From positions 1-30,442 of IMG/VR virus record IMGVR_UViG_3300043748_000017: a stretch of 30,442 nucleotides of DNA; one strand, 5' to 3'. The position numbers were made by a program, and so were the translations under genes. The stretch is from a virus (lineage: Duplodnaviria > Caudoviricetes). This document shows, in pieces, positions 1-9,874 of this stretch (within the stretch, counting starts at the first letter, position 1; every line of letters begins with the position of its first letter). The notes under the pieces are model-generated. The model did not search any database, was not told where the DNA came from, and saw nothing but the letters and a program-made list of their open reading frames with translations.

Positions 1-499
1 CCTGCAGGGAGGACAGTGCGGTGCGGTCGTCGCCGTCCTGCACGCTGTAGGCCATGGTGACCCCGGTGTTGGGGGCGTCGAAGACGAACGGGGGCGCGTC
101 GGTGAGCAGTGCCTGCGAGACGCCGGTCATGATGACGGCCTGGTCCAGGGCGATCGCGTTGTAGTTGCCGGTGTAGCGACGATCGAGGTAGGCCTCCGGG
201 GTGACCGCGCCGATCTGCACGACGTTGCCCGAGCCGCCGGTGCGGGTGAGGACCGCGCCCGCCCAGATCGGGATCTGGGTGGCGGTGTCGACGGCGACGA
301 GCATGCTGCGGCCCGGCTGGGTGGCGTCATCCCATGCGGGAGGCGCCCCGTTCAAATCCAAATTGAGCTGGGCGGTTACGGGCTGGCCGAGTTTGCGGCC
401 GATCGTGCCGGACGGGGTCAGTGACCGCAGTTCCTCCCCGATCACGCCCGTCTTGAGGTCACAGGCGTACCAGGCGAGGAGGAGGGGGCCTGTGGTCAT
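1..499 (-). CDS. Minor tail protein (Tal/hub-like), 3' end outside window
   Basis: Not in the ORF track. ATG at 499-497 overlaps the upstream stop (TGATG). Reads MTTGPLLLAWYACDLKTGVIGEELRSL...IPIWAGAVLTR... and stays open to the window edge; lies downstream of Dit. Confidence 0.7.
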   Translation of the reverse strand, partial: MTTGPLLLAWYACDLKTGVIGEELRSLTPSGTIGRKLGQPVTAQLNLDLNGAPPAWDDATQPGRSMLVAVDTATQIPIWAGAVLTRTGGSGNVVQIGAVTPEAYLDRRYTGNYNAIALDQAVIMTGVSQALLTDAPPFVFDAPNTGVTMAYSVQDGDDRTALSSLQ

Positions 500-1830
500 C
501 AGGCGACTCGCCGCAACTCGATATGCGAGTTCTGGACCATCGTCGTCGCGGTTGCGTTCGCCGTGGCTTGTGCCCACTGCAATTTGAAGGTGCCGCCGGT
601 GCCGCCGACGATCAGTAGGCCCTTGATGAGCGCGGCCATGTTCGTGCCGGTGCCGATGGTGCCGAGCTGGTAGGTGTTGGACGAGATGGTCTGCGAGTTG
701 GTGATGACCGGGCCGCTCGTCGTGGTCGCCGTCGCGTTCTGACCGGTGCCGATCCAGTCCAGCGTCGCCCCGGACGGCGCCGACCAGCCCATCTTCAGGT
801 TGGCGGCGGAGGCGGCACCGTTGAAGATCAGGTAGCCCTCAAGGCGAAACGTGGAGTTCGCGGTGACGCTCAGCTGCATGTGGGTGTCGTCCTGCAGGGT
901 CGTCGAGTTGGTGACGCTCTGGCTGGCGGTCTTGCGAGCGAAAAGGGTGCCGCCGATACCGGTCACGGTCAGGCTGCCGGTCAGCGTCATGGCCGCGGCA
1001 CCGGTGCGGGCCAGCGTCACGTCTGTGGATGCGTTGCCTGGACCCCACGCGGTCAGTCCGTCTCCGCGCACCGAGACCCGGTCTTGCGTGTCGCCCACGG
1101 CCCGGCCGCTGATGACGAAGTCGGACGTGGTGGTGGGGACGATGCCAGCGAAAGCAGCGCCGGACGGGGAGCCGTTCACGTTGACCTGGCCGCCCGAGGC
1201 GAGGCGCACCTTCGGTTCCCACGTGGTGCCGTTGTACCGCCACAGCGGGCCGGTCGCGCCGCCGTCGTCCCGGTACTGGCCGGCGTGCACACCGGGCGTG
1301 CTGGAACCGACGCCGATGCCCCCGGGGCCGATCGCAGCGGGGCGCACGGAGGTGTCGACGGACGGGGAGCCGCCGCCGGACGCCGGAACGGAGATGTTGG
1401 CCAGCGGGATGTAGATCTGCGGGGCGGTCGGTACGGGCGCGACTGGCGAGGAGGCGGCGGTGCCCTGCAGGTAGACGATGTCCGCCTGCGCGAGGCCGGA
1501 GGAGTCGACGGCGTTGTCCCACACCCGCAGGTACACCAGGTCGATCCGGGGAAACGTCGGGTTGGCGCCAGCGACGGTGCCCGTCCAGGCGCTGGTGGCG
1601 CACGCCCGGTAGATGCCCTGGCCTGCGTAGTTGCAGGCGGCGACACCAGCGGTGACGTTGATGGTGCTGCCGGCGAGGGAGACGACGAGCCCGGGGTCGC
1701 CGGGCCGGACACCGCCTCGAGCGCCGCCCGCGGTGCCGTCCGACATCAGCAGGACGGCCTCGGCGCGGCGCATCATCGCCCCGGACATCGAGCTGCCGTC
1801 GATCCAGGTCGGATTGTCGGTGAACGTCAC
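499..1830 (-). CDS. Minor tail / tail fibre-like protein
   Basis: 443 aa, G/T/S-rich. PRIDLVYLRVWD motif and C-terminal KTASQSVTNSTTLQDD...LQWAQ domain resemble actinophage tail proteins; follows Dit. Confidence 0.75.
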   Translation of the reverse strand: MTFTDNPTWIDGSSMSGAMMRRAEAVLLMSDGTAGGARGGVRPGDPGLVVSLAGSTINVTAGVAACNYAGQGIYRACATSAWTGTVAGANPTFPRIDLVYLRVWDNAVDSSGLAQADIVYLQGTAASSPVAPVPTAPQIYIPLANISVPASGGGSPSVDTSVRPAAIGPGGIGVGSSTPGVHAGQYRDDGGATGPLWRYNGTTWEPKVRLASGGQVNVNGSPSGAAFAGIVPTTTSDFVISGRAVGDTQDRVSVRGDGLTAWGPGNASTDVTLARTGAAAMTLTGSLTVTGIGGTLFARKTASQSVTNSTTLQDDTHMQLSVTANSTFRLEGYLIFNGAASAANLKMGWSAPSGATLDWIGTGQNATATTTSGPVITNSQTISSNTYQLGTIGTGTNMAALIKGLLIVGGTGGTFKLQWAQATANATATTMVQNSHIELRRVA

Positions 1831-1843
1831 GGTGCTGGCCTCC

Positions 1844-2707
1844 TTAGATCCAGGCCGAGCGCCATGAGGCGGTCAGCAGAGCAGACGCGTTGTAGGTGGC
1901 GGCCCGGAACTGGAAAGCCACCTGCGTTCCGGCGGGGATTTCGGGCCAGTCGCCGGAGATGTAGCGGCGGCGGGAGGCGCCGCCGAGCATCACGGTGTGC
2001 GCGTCGGTGTCGATGACCAGACGGTCGCCGGTCAGCAGGTTCAGCGAGTACGAGAGGGCTTTGACGCTGCCGTCGGGGTAGGTCGTAGCGACCTGCGGCT
2101 GATTCACCGGCCCGGCGATCGTGAACACCGGCCGGCTGGCCATGGTGCCGGCGTTGAGGGCGCCGATCGCGCCCTGCACCGACGACGCCGACAGCGTCCA
2201 AGGCGGTGCTGCGGGCAGGACGAGGCCGCCGGATACCGACGGCAGTGCGGTCGATGCCTGCTGCAAAGTGGGGGCGTAGCGGCGCGGGTCTGGAGCCGTC
2301 ACCAGCAGCGAGAAGGTGGCGACCGAGTCGGTCTCCCGCTTGATGATCGGTTTCCCGGAGCGCCGTACCGTGGCCTGCTTCGGGATCGACTCGTACACGA
2401 CCAGCGTGGTGTCGCCGAGCGCGTCCGCCGCTAGCAGCTGCTCGATTGCCACGTCCAGCGACGGGGCATCCGGGGCGACGATCGTCCCGGACAGTGTGAC
2501 CGGGCGCTCCCCGAACCAGACCGGGCCCATCCATGAGCCGTGGTCGAACTCGCGGGCATTCAGCTGGGTGCGTACCTCCGGGGAGTCCCAGCCCTGTAGC
2601 CCGTCCGCGCCGATCCGCCAGGCGACCCCGGCAGCGTCCACGAGCCCGAACTGGACGCTCCCGAGGTCGACGCGCATGCCGCCGAGCGACTGCCCTGGAA
2701 CCGCCAC
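1844..2707 (-). CDS. Distal tail protein (Dit)
   Basis: 287 aa directly after TMP. GWDSP...DHGSW, APDPRRY, NAGT..SRPVFTIAGP and terminal WRSAWI are typical Dit motifs. Confidence 0.85.
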   Translation of the reverse strand: MAVPGQSLGGMRVDLGSVQFGLVDAAGVAWRIGADGLQGWDSPEVRTQLNAREFDHGSWMGPVWFGERPVTLSGTIVAPDAPSLDVAIEQLLAADALGDTTLVVYESIPKQATVRRSGKPIIKRETDSVATFSLLVTAPDPRRYAPTLQQASTALPSVSGGLVLPAAPPWTLSASSVQGAIGALNAGTMASRPVFTIAGPVNQPQVATTYPDGSVKALSYSLNLLTGDRLVIDTDAHTVMLGGASRRRYISGDWPEIPAGTQVAFQFRAATYNASALLTASWRSAWI

Positions 2708-2721
2708 ACGACCACCCCCCT

Positions 2722-5700
2722 CTATCCGAGTGCGACCATGTGCCGCATCAGGTCCGCCCGCTGCTCTGCCATCGACTGGTTGGCGCCGTACAGGGTGATG
2801 TGGCGGGACTGGTCGATGTTGGTCTCGCCAGCCGCGCCCCCGCCCCCGCTCGAAGCGAACTGCCGGGCCGGCACCAAGTGGTAGCCGAGCGACGCCGCCG
2901 CGGTGGCCAGCAGCGACTGGCTGCGAGCAGTCCGTGTCAGCGGGATGAATGCCTCCGGGCCCGCCTCACCGGCCAGGACCGGGGTGGCGCTGGTGAGGAT
3001 GCCGCCGAGGGCCATCGGCTGGCCGCCCTGCTGAACCCACTGCCGCACGAAGGTGGATTTGTTCGCGGACGGGAGGGCACCGATCTGCGATGTCATTTTC
3101 GGCACGAGGGCCTTGATGACGTCCGTGGACAGTCCTGCGGCGATGAGGTCGGCGTACCCTCGCCCGGTGCCGCCTCGCAGCGTGGACAGCAGGATCAGGC
3201 TGTTGGTGAGGTCGTCGCCGGTCAGCGTGGCCTGTGCCTTGGTGACCTGCGCGTTGGCTGCGGCGGCCGACTTGCTGTCGCCTATCGCCTGGTGCGCGAG
3301 TGTCATCGCGTTGGCGTCGCCCTGTGCGGCGAGCTGCTGGGCGAGGGCGCCGTACCCCTCGGCCGCGAGTTTCTGCAGGTCCGCCGCGAACTGCTGGGAC
3401 TGCTGCGTGGCGCCGCCGAGCTGCTTGGTGTAGTCCGCCAGGGTCACCTTGGCGACGTCGCCGGTCTTCTGAAGCTGGGAGACGATCTGGCTGAACTGCT
3501 TGGCGGAAGCGCCCGCCAGACTGTTCACGAGGGCGACACCGTCCTGGCCCATGTTCTCCAGGATGGATTCGACCTCGGCGCCGCCCCGCGCGCTGATCTT
3601 CGCAAGGTTGGCGCGCCACTTGTCCGTGGCCGCCACACTTGAGTTGAGCTGCTTCTGGTATGCCGTCAGATCAAATCCTGTCGGCGCCTTCGCCCCCTTC
3701 TTCACCCCGAGGGACGCATCCGCGGCATACACGGCCGACCGGTCCGAAGTGACCTTCTTGTCGGCCGTGGTCTTCGCGGCCTTGGCCTGCCCCACCTTCG
3801 TCTCCGCGGCCCTCAACTGGGCAGCCGTGTGATGGTGGCGACGCACGTAGGACAGGTTGTTCTCGGCAGACCTGAGCGCGTCGGCCTTCTTCTTGGCGTC
3901 GGCCATGGCGCTGGTGAGGGCGTTCCACGCGTTCTTCAGGGCCGTGACCGCGTTGTCGTAGTTGGTCTTGGCGTCCCCCGAGGTGTTGAGGACAGGCGTC
4001 GCGGTCGGCGTGTACGTGAAGCCGGCCAGTCCGCCCGAGGCGTATCGCATGGCGTTGAGCCGGTCGAACATGGCGACGCCGTACTTCTGCACGGCCGCCG
4101 CCTTAATGACGTACTCGCCATTGGAGATCAGCGCGGGAATGCTGTCCGAGATGCCTGTGCCGGGGCCGGAGATCGGGCCGCCGAAGGGAACGTACTGGAC
4201 GACGCCACCGTCAGCGCGGTGGATGAGGCCGCCGTCCTTGTGCGGGCCCTGGCTGTAGTACTGCGACGGGTTGACGCCCGTGGCCACGCCGTTGATCGTC
4301 ACGGTCACGGTCTTGCCGTGCACCGAGTTGATGTAGCCCTGGATAGTCTGCGCCGCCGAGATCGGGCCGCCAGTCGGCAGCGTGATCGTGACGGTCTTCC
4401 CGTGTGTCGCGGAGATCTTGAATCCGAGGTTTTTCAGCGCGTCCAGAGCAGCGCCCGTGAGGGTGCTCATCGTGACGGTCTTGCCCTTGGTGGACGCGAC
4501 CTTGCGCTGCACGGCCTCCAGGTCCGACAAGGCTTGGCCGGTCAGCGCCGTGACGGCCACGCTCTTCCCAGGGATCTTCTTGGCGATCAGAGCGTCGAGA
4601 GCAGCCGCGGCCTTCCCTGTCGGGGCAGTGATCTCCATCTGACGGCCACCCGGCAACGTGCGCACCTTGAAGCCCACGGACTCGATGTCCTTGACCGCCT
4701 CCGCGGTAAGGGCGGACACCTTGATGGTGGAGCCCGTCGGCATGTGCCCGGCCAGCCCCTGCACGTACAGCAGCTGCTTCTCGGTGTCGCTGAGCCCGGG
4801 AGTGGACATGGTGATGGCCAGCGACGACGGGATGAATCCCATCTGGTTGGCGAGCTCTTTCGCCTGGTCAGCGGTCAGGCCGAAGTGCTTCCCGGCCTCG
4901 ACTGCCGCCTGCCATGCCGTCTGCATGCGGGCTTCGGCCTTCTGCAGCGACGGGACGACGCCCTCGTTGTTGGCGCGCGCGTAGTCGTAAGTGGACTGCG
5001 CCGCTGACGCGGTCTGCTCGTTCAACGCCTGCAATTTGGTCCACAGCGTCTGGCCGTTCTGCGACGTCGTGTTGAGTGACCCGTCGACCTGCAGGAGTGC
5101 CTGACCGTAGCCCTGAGAGTGGTCGACCCCCTGCTTCCAGGAGCTGTTGAGGTCGAGCATCGCCGAGTTCATGTTGGCAACTGCTGCCTCGACGTCCAGC
5201 TCGCCACCCGACAGCAGGTCGAGCGCGGTGTGCAGGGCGGTCGCCTTGGTGTCCGCGTCGGCCGCGGAGTCGCCGAGGGTTTTGATCGCGGTCTGGAGGC
5301 GCCCGGTCGGGTTGGTCGCGTCCAGGGCGGCAGCGCCGGAGCCCTTCACCGCGTCGGCCATGTCCTGCTGTTTCTTGCGGGCCGAGTCGAACTCTCCGGA
5401 GAGCGATCCGAGCGCGTCCGCCGCGTCCTTGTAGATGTGCCCCTGCGGCGTGTAGACCGCCATGGTCGTCTTGCCGTTGGTGATCCACTGGCGATTCGCG
5501 TCGGCCGCCGCCTGCAGCCTCGTCCGCAGGGCGTCGATGCTGGTCCCCTGGCCGAGGTAGGCGTCGGTGAGCTGCTTCGTGGAGACGCCGGCCTGCGACA
5601 TGACGTCGATCAGCTGCGTCTTGCCGTCCTTCAGCTTCGCGTCGGACAGGGTCTGTACGGCCGCCGCACGGACATTGCCGTCCATGACACCAGCGGACTG

Positions 5701-7998
5701 CTGCAGAGCCTGGGTGAGACTGGAGATCCGCTGCTGGTGAGCAGCCGCCGCAGCCGCCGCCTCTTCCTGCCGCTTCGCGAGCATGTCCAGGCCGATCATG
5801 GCGGCGCCGATCGCGACGCCCCACGGGCCGCCGAGGAACGACCAAAGGCCGCGGGCGGCGCCCATCAGGCCCCGGCCTGCGCCCACGCCGATGGCCGCCG
5901 CGGCGCCACCGGCCGCGGCACGAAACCCGGACAGACGTCCGCCCGCTTCCTGGATCGACCCGGAGACGCTGCGGAAGCTGCCCGCCATCGCGGCAAACGT
6001 CGGCGAGCGCCGGGACAGCTCCTCGACGACACCGCCGAAACGACCGAGGGTGACGCCGGCCTGCGCCGCGAGAACGCGCTGATAGAGGGAGGCGTCCCCG
6101 ATGCCTCGGAACGCGGTGACACCCGCGCGGCCGAAGCCGACGACGGAGTCCTGCATGCCCTGGATCTGCGACCGGAACGGCCGCATCGCGAGCATGCCGA
6201 TCACGGACAGCTGGATCGGGCCCGGAAGCGCCGCGAAAGCGTGCGCCAGTCCGCCGACGAGTTCGCCGATCGGCCGCAGTACGGCGGACATGTCGCCGAG
6301 CGCGCTGACGCCGACCTGGACGCGGCCCGCGAGCACACCGACAGCGCCCGCCCCGGACGACACCGAGGAGAACATGTCGTGCAGGCCGGACAGGAGTGGA
6401 GCCGCCCCAGCGGCGGCATTGCTGAACGCCTTGTCGAGGGACTGGACGCCCGTGACAGCGATCGGGATCGACGCCACGGCCAGCCCGGTGATCGCGGACT
6501 TCAGCGGTGTGGCGAACGACTCGACCTGCCGCGCGATGCCGCTGGACGCACCCTTCAGCTTCGCCTCGACCGTGGGCCCGTAGATGTCCCACAGGTCACC
6601 GGCGATCCGAATGCCCGACTTGATGTACGGGATGGCGTCGGAGACGCCCTGCGTCATCGCCCGCGTGACCTTCTCGAGGCCAGGCGCGACACCCAGGTAC
6701 ACCTGCAAGAAAGCAGACTGGATCTGCTTGCCGAGGCCACGCATCGCGCCGCCAAGGCCCTTCGACTCGGCAGCCGCGAGCGCCGCGGCTCCGCCGACGC
6801 GACCGACCTGCTGCCCGAACTGCTCGAACGCCGGGCCGCCCTGGTGCGCGAGCGCGATCATCCCCGCCATGGCAGGCTTGCCAAAGGCCATCGCCGTCGC
6901 GGCCATGAACTGCTGCGTCGACAGGTGCTCGGAGGCGGTGCCGAGCTGGGTGATGACGTACTGCATGCCCTTGAAGCGGCCCTGGCTGTCGTAAGCCTGG
7001 ATGCCGAGAGTCTTCAGACCTTCCGTCGCCTGCTTCGTCGGCTTGCTCATGTTGACCAGGGCCGAGCGCAGGGCTGTGCCTGCGGTCTCGCCGATGATGC
7101 CCGACTTGCCGAGCAGGCCGACGGCGGTGGCCGTGTCCTTGAGGGAGATCCCGGCGCTGTGGGCAACGGGGCCCACGTACTTCATGGCGTAGTAGATGTC
7201 CATCAGCTCGCCCGACGCCGCATTCGACGTGTTGGCGAGGACATCCGCGACCTTCGTCGCCTCGGTGCTCTTGAGGGCGAACTGGTCCATGATGTCGCCC
7301 TCGATACGGGCGGCAGTGGAAACGTCCGTCCGTGCGGCGGCCGACAGTTGGATGGTGCCGCGGGCAGCCTTGATGGCGTCCTGCGCGGACAGACCCGCCT
7401 TCGCGAGGTCCACCATCGCGTCCGCAGCCTCAGCCGCGTTCGCGGAGGGGAGCTTCATGTCCGCGCCGAGGGCCTGCGCCTCACGTCCGGCAGCAGACAT
7501 CTGGGCGCCGCTCGCCCTGGTGACTTCGAGGAACTTGTTCATCGAGTCGGTGTACTCATTGCCCGCGTGGACGATGTCGTGCAGGCCGTACAGGATCGCG
7601 CCGCCCGCGAGGAGCGCACCGAGGTGCTGGACGGGGCCGAGGACGGATTCGATGCCGGAGCGGACCGAGCCCATACCGGCGCGGGCCGCGGAGCCGAGCC
7701 GCCCGAACGCAGGGGTGGTCAGGGCGGTCTCGTCCCGGATGGCCCGTGCGCCACGACTCGCAGCCAGCGCTGCGGCCTCGCCCTCCCGGACTCCGGCAGC
7801 GCCACCCCGAGCGCCCGCGCCCATGGACATCATCCCGGCACGGGCCGCCGCAGCATCCTCGCCGAGCACCCGCACGCCGCGTCCGGCCAGCGCTGCCGCC
7901 TCACCCAGCGCGGTGGTGGACGCGGCACCGGAGCGCATCGCCGCAGCGAAGCCCGGCAGTTCAGCGAGGACGCGTACCCGGACGGTGCGGTCGGCCAT
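2722..7998 (-). CDS. Tail tape measure protein (TP901-type core)
   Basis: 1758 aa, Ala/Gly-rich. Core AAEAADAMVDLAKAG...GIIGETAGTALRS, FLGGPWG, and GPGTGISDSIPALISNGEYV motif. Confidence 0.95.
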   Translation of the reverse strand: MADRTVRVRVLAELPGFAAAMRSGAASTTALGEAAALAGRGVRVLGEDAAAARAGMMSMGAGARGGAAGVREGEAAALAASRGARAIRDETALTTPAFGRLGSAARAGMGSVRSGIESVLGPVQHLGALLAGGAILYGLHDIVHAGNEYTDSMNKFLEVTRASGAQMSAAGREAQALGADMKLPSANAAEAADAMVDLAKAGLSAQDAIKAARGTIQLSAAARTDVSTAARIEGDIMDQFALKSTEATKVADVLANTSNAASGELMDIYYAMKYVGPVAHSAGISLKDTATAVGLLGKSGIIGETAGTALRSALVNMSKPTKQATEGLKTLGIQAYDSQGRFKGMQYVITQLGTASEHLSTQQFMAATAMAFGKPAMAGMIALAHQGGPAFEQFGQQVGRVGGAAALAAAESKGLGGAMRGLGKQIQSAFLQVYLGVAPGLEKVTRAMTQGVSDAIPYIKSGIRIAGDLWDIYGPTVEAKLKGASSGIARQVESFATPLKSAITGLAVASIPIAVTGVQSLDKAFSNAAAGAAPLLSGLHDMFSSVSSGAGAVGVLAGRVQVGVSALGDMSAVLRPIGELVGGLAHAFAALPGPIQLSVIGMLAMRPFRSQIQGMQDSVVGFGRAGVTAFRGIGDASLYQRVLAAQAGVTLGRFGGVVEELSRRSPTFAAMAGSFRSVSGSIQEAGGRLSGFRAAAGGAAAAIGVGAGRGLMGAARGLWSFLGGPWGVAIGAAMIGLDMLAKRQEEAAAAAAAHQQRISSLTQALQQSAGVMDGNVRAAAVQTLSDAKLKDGKTQLIDVMSQAGVSTKQLTDAYLGQGTSIDALRTRLQAAADANRQWITNGKTTMAVYTPQGHIYKDAADALGSLSGEFDSARKKQQDMADAVKGSGAAALDATNPTGRLQTAIKTLGDSAADADTKATALHTALDLLSGGELDVEAAVANMNSAMLDLNSSWKQGVDHSQGYGQALLQVDGSLNTTSQNGQTLWTKLQALNEQTASAAQSTYDYARANNEGVVPSLQKAEARMQTAWQAAVEAGKHFGLTADQAKELANQMGFIPSSLAITMSTPGLSDTEKQLLYVQGLAGHMPTGSTIKVSALTAEAVKDIESVGFKVRTLPGGRQMEITAPTGKAAAALDALIAKKIPGKSVAVTALTGQALSDLEAVQRKVASTKGKTVTMSTLTGAALDALKNLGFKISATHGKTVTITLPTGGPISAAQTIQGYINSVHGKTVTVTINGVATGVNPSQYYSQGPHKDGGLIHRADGGVVQYVPFGGPISGPGTGISDSIPALISNGEYVIKAAAVQKYGVAMFDRLNAMRYASGGLAGFTYTPTATPVLNTSGDAKTNYDNAVTALKNAWNALTSAMADAKKKADALRSAENNLSYVRRHHHTAAQLRAAETKVGQAKAAKTTADKKVTSDRSAVYAADASLGVKKGAKAPTGFDLTAYQKQLNSSVAATDKWRANLAKISARGGAEVESILENMGQDGVALVNSLAGASAKQFSQIVSQLQKTGDVAKVTLADYTKQLGGATQQSQQFAADLQKLAAEGYGALAQQLAAQGDANAMTLAHQAIGDSKSAAAANAQVTKAQATLTGDDLTNSLILLSTLRGGTGRGYADLIAAGLSTDVIKALVPKMTSQIGALPSANKSTFVRQWVQQGGQPMALGGILTSATPVLAGEAGPEAFIPLTRTARSQSLLATAAASLGYHLVPARQFASSGGGGAAGETNIDQSRHITLYGANQSMAEQRADLMRHMVALG

Positions 7999-8034
7999 GG
8001 CGTCCCCCTATTCAGCTATCGATCGGTCCGAAGG

Positions 8035-8637
8035 TCAGCCGGTGGCCATCCCGAAGGAGCGGAGGATGTCGGCGGCGGCCACGCTGGGCGGCCCGAGCTC
8101 GCCGGTCTGGAACTGGAGCTGGATCGCGGCGCCCCACAGTTGCCCGAGCTGACCGTCCGACAGGGCGTCCCAGAAGGCGGTGAACTCCTCCGAGTCAGCG
8201 GGCTTGGGCTCGATCAGCTGGGCTTCGACGAGCGCCGGGGCGAAGGTGTCCGGGTCGAACGCCGGCTCGTCCGCACCACCACGCTTGGCTGCGGCCTCGA
8301 TCTGCTCCTTCGTCGGCGGATGGTCCGCCCTCAGCTGCTGGTAGGCGCGGTGGGTAATGGCCTCGAGAGTGAACCGCACCCGCGATTCCCCGGCCTGCGC
8401 CTCAACGTCCTGCAAGCGCTTCGCGACGTCCCGCGCGGTCTCCGCGCCGGACGCTTCGTCGTGCCGCTGCGCCCGGTCGAGGAGCTCCTCGAGGGCGCCG
8501 ATCTCCGCGGCGGCCGTGGCGTCCATGACGAGCTCCACCGCCCGACGGGGCCGCTGGATCTTCGCTCGAACGTCCGCGAACGTGAGCGCTGGCTTCGCCG
8601 CTCGGCGCGCGGGCGGCTTCCTGCTTGAAGTGGTCAT
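8035..8637 (-). CDS. Tail assembly chaperone paralog (second copy)
   Basis: 200 aa immediately before TMP; aligns by eye with 9398..9874 (AITHRAYQQLRADHP vs ALGHRAYSNLLAAHP). Confidence 0.7.
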   Translation of the reverse strand: MTTSSRKPPARRAAKPALTFADVRAKIQRPRRAVELVMDATAAAEIGALEELLDRAQRHDEASGAETARDVAKRLQDVEAQAGESRVRFTLEAITHRAYQQLRADHPPTKEQIEAAAKRGGADEPAFDPDTFAPALVEAQLIEPKPADSEEFTAFWDALSDGQLGQLWGAAIQLQFQTGELGPPSVAAADILRSFGMATG

Positions 8638-8665
8638 GGGGTCCCTGTCCTGATGCTCTGTGGTG

Positions 8666-9043
8666 CTAGGTGATGGCCTGGCTGACCGCGATTTCGAGGC
8701 CGGTCACCAGGTCTTCGGCGTTCGCGTCGAGCGCCGGGCCCAAGTGCGGGAGCGGCGCGTTCTTGCTGGTGCCGTACTCGACAATGTTTCCGAGCGGGCC
8801 CTGCGCGCGGCCCTTGTCCGGCCCGATCTCCCCCTCGATGCCCTCGGCGGTGACCTTCACGTCGTAGGTGATCGAGTACGGGTACGCGGGAAGGTACTTG
8901 TGGCCCTTGATGCGGTTGCGCGCGTCGTCCCGGACCTTCTGGGAGGTGACCTTCACCGCCTTGGCCGCGTTGACCGCGAGCCGCCGCGGGAAGGCTTCCA
9001 GGTCGTCGACCACGGCGTTGGTGCCGGTCACGGTTACCCCCAT
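8666..9043 (-). CDS. HK97 gp10-family tail completion protein
   Basis: 125 aa with SITYDV...EIGP...IVEYGTSKNAPLPHLGPAL signature. Confidence 0.8.
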   Translation of the reverse strand: MGVTVTGTNAVVDDLEAFPRRLAVNAAKAVKVTSQKVRDDARNRIKGHKYLPAYPYSITYDVKVTAEGIEGEIGPDKGRAQGPLGNIVEYGTSKNAPLPHLGPALDANAEDLVTGLEIAVSQAIT

Positions 9044-9044
9044 G

Positions 9045-9874
9045 TCAGCTCTCCCTCCGGAAAACCGAGATCTTCAGCCCATCGGTCTTGCCGCCGTCAT
9101 CCTGGTGCGCCGCCACCCGCCGGGCAGCGGCGAGGCAGCCGTGGCATTTGGTGATCGCCGCGTCGTAGGCGAACTCCGCCTCAGGCTGCGTCGTCTCCGC
9201 GAGCGGATGCCCGCAGTCCCCGCAGATCCCCGACTCGGCCTCCATCAAGGCCATCGCCCACCAACGGTCCTCCGGCAGCCACAACGGCTCGCCAGGAGCG
9301 GGCTGCGGCCGTCCGAGTAGCAGGCTGCGCGGGATGCCCCAGGCGCGGGCCGCCTCGACTTCCCGCCGGTACGGGAGCCGGTTGTCCCGGAGGCGGGCTA
9401 CGAGAAAGGGAGCGGGGAGGGCTCCTCGTTCACGGCGAGCGCCGTCGCGAAGAGGATCCGCGCGGTGCCGTCGTTGACGACGTCCAGCAGCCGATCCACC
9501 TGCGCGGGCGTCAGCGACGGCTCGGCACAGCAGGCTGCGAGGACGGCCGGCAGGAACGTCCCCGCATCGTAAGGCTCCTTGGATCCTTCCGGCGCCGGGT
9601 GCGCCGCGAGCAGGTTGCTGTAGGCGCGATGTCCGAGCGCACGGAACCGGAACTCCACCGCGTTCTCACGCACCCGCTGCCGGGCCGCGTCGATCCGCTC
9701 CTGCAGTTCGTAGGCGGGGTTCTTCTCGCCGAGCGACGTGGGTTGCCACTCCCCCAGCTCGCCCAGCTCCTGCTCGAGCGCCTCCAGGTCGGCGGCGGCA
9801 TCGCCCGCGAGACACACCTTGACGGTGACCTCGCGGGGCGACGCCTGCTCCAGCAGCTCGGAGATATCCGGCAT
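9045..9874 (-). CDS. Tail assembly chaperone GT (-1 frameshift product)
   Basis: The -1 frame at C CCT TTC (9410-9404) reads ...PFLVARLRDNRLPYRREVEAARAWGIP... and runs open into track ORF 9045..9284 (WLPEDRWWAMAL...CGDCGH...KCHGC). Confidence 0.8.
9398..9874 (-). CDS. Tail assembly chaperone G
   Basis: 158 aa directly after the major tail gene; slippery heptamer just before the stop. Confidence 0.85.
   Translation of the reverse strand: MPDISELLEQASPREVTVKVCLAGDAAADLEALEQELGELGEWQPTSLGEKNPAYELQERIDAARQRVRENAVEFRFRALGHRAYSNLLAAHPAPEGSKEPYDAGTFLPAVLAACCAEPSLTPAQVDRLLDVVNDGTARILFATALAVNEEPSPLPFS
9404..9410 (-). other. Programmed -1 ribosomal frameshift slippery site CCCTTTC
   Basis: X XXY YYZ heptamer in the correct phase (CTC CCT TTC TCG TAG). 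Confidence 0.8.

Noticed and set aside
7999-8120. Frameshift at the end of the second chaperone
   Set aside because: No slippery heptamer seen, and only 36 nt remain before TMP
5119-8628. 1169-aa plus-strand ORF and other long antisense ORFs (e.g. 12613..14112, 14327..16093, 15852..17417, 27342..28706)
   Set aside because: Shadow ORFs opposite well-supported genes; expected from stop-codon scarcity at high GC; no motifs
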